Assembly: GCF_006345805.1 (NCBI RefSeq)
Contig: NW_021824092.1
Span: 1 to 20,267, forward strand
Origin: Octopus sinensis
Taxonomy: Eukaryota
Reading direction: 5' to 3'
DNA length: 20,267 nt
Part shown: in pieces, positions 20,226 through 20,267 of the stretch
Layout of the letters: each line of letters starts with the position of its first letter
Position numbering within the stretch: position 1 is the stretch's first letter
The notes under the pieces: generated by a model
Told to the model about the DNA's origin: nothing
Database searches by the model: none
What the model saw: the letters and a program-made list of their open reading frames with translations, nothing else
Position numbers and translations under genes: made by a program

Positions 20226-20267
20226 GCATACGTGGGCACAGCACGTCACAGAAGGTAAACAACATAA

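Noticed and set aside
2070-20265. The many YI/HT/CV-rich ORFs in the track
   Set aside because: Translations of TA, CA and GT microsatellites that lack stop codons; no coding signal.
1-20267. CRISPR array, rRNA or true tRNA genes
   Set aside because: No regular repeat-spacer array; the tRNA-like segments are SINE heads that continue into SINE bodies and lack acceptor stems.

Overview
AT-rich, microsatellite-dense animal DNA, very likely intronic or intergenic octopus sequence. This is inferred from repeat families I recognise as typical of Octopus genomes. I find no credible intact protein-coding gene; nearly all ORFs in the supplied track are translated simple repeats. The window is a layered set of mobile-element remains: a piggyBac relic (1-555), Penelope-like element (PLE) GIY-YIG endonuclease fragments in both orientations (4680-5017 +, about 5900-6800 -), a LINE fragment, a Tc1/mariner MITE, about nine tRNA-derived SINE copies from at least three families (one dimeric with a 15-bp target-site duplication), a 463-bp near-perfect tandem duplication and two ~100-bp fold-back structures. 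The most interesting signal is a ~180-bp non-coding repeat present twice (7928-8111, 19592-19763) that carries a minimal type I hammerhead-ribozyme motif. Each copy is damaged at different positions, so their consensus is an intact core. Fainter hammerhead-like remnants lie downstream of the PLE fragment. All family assignments come from motif recognition by eye; no database searches were run.
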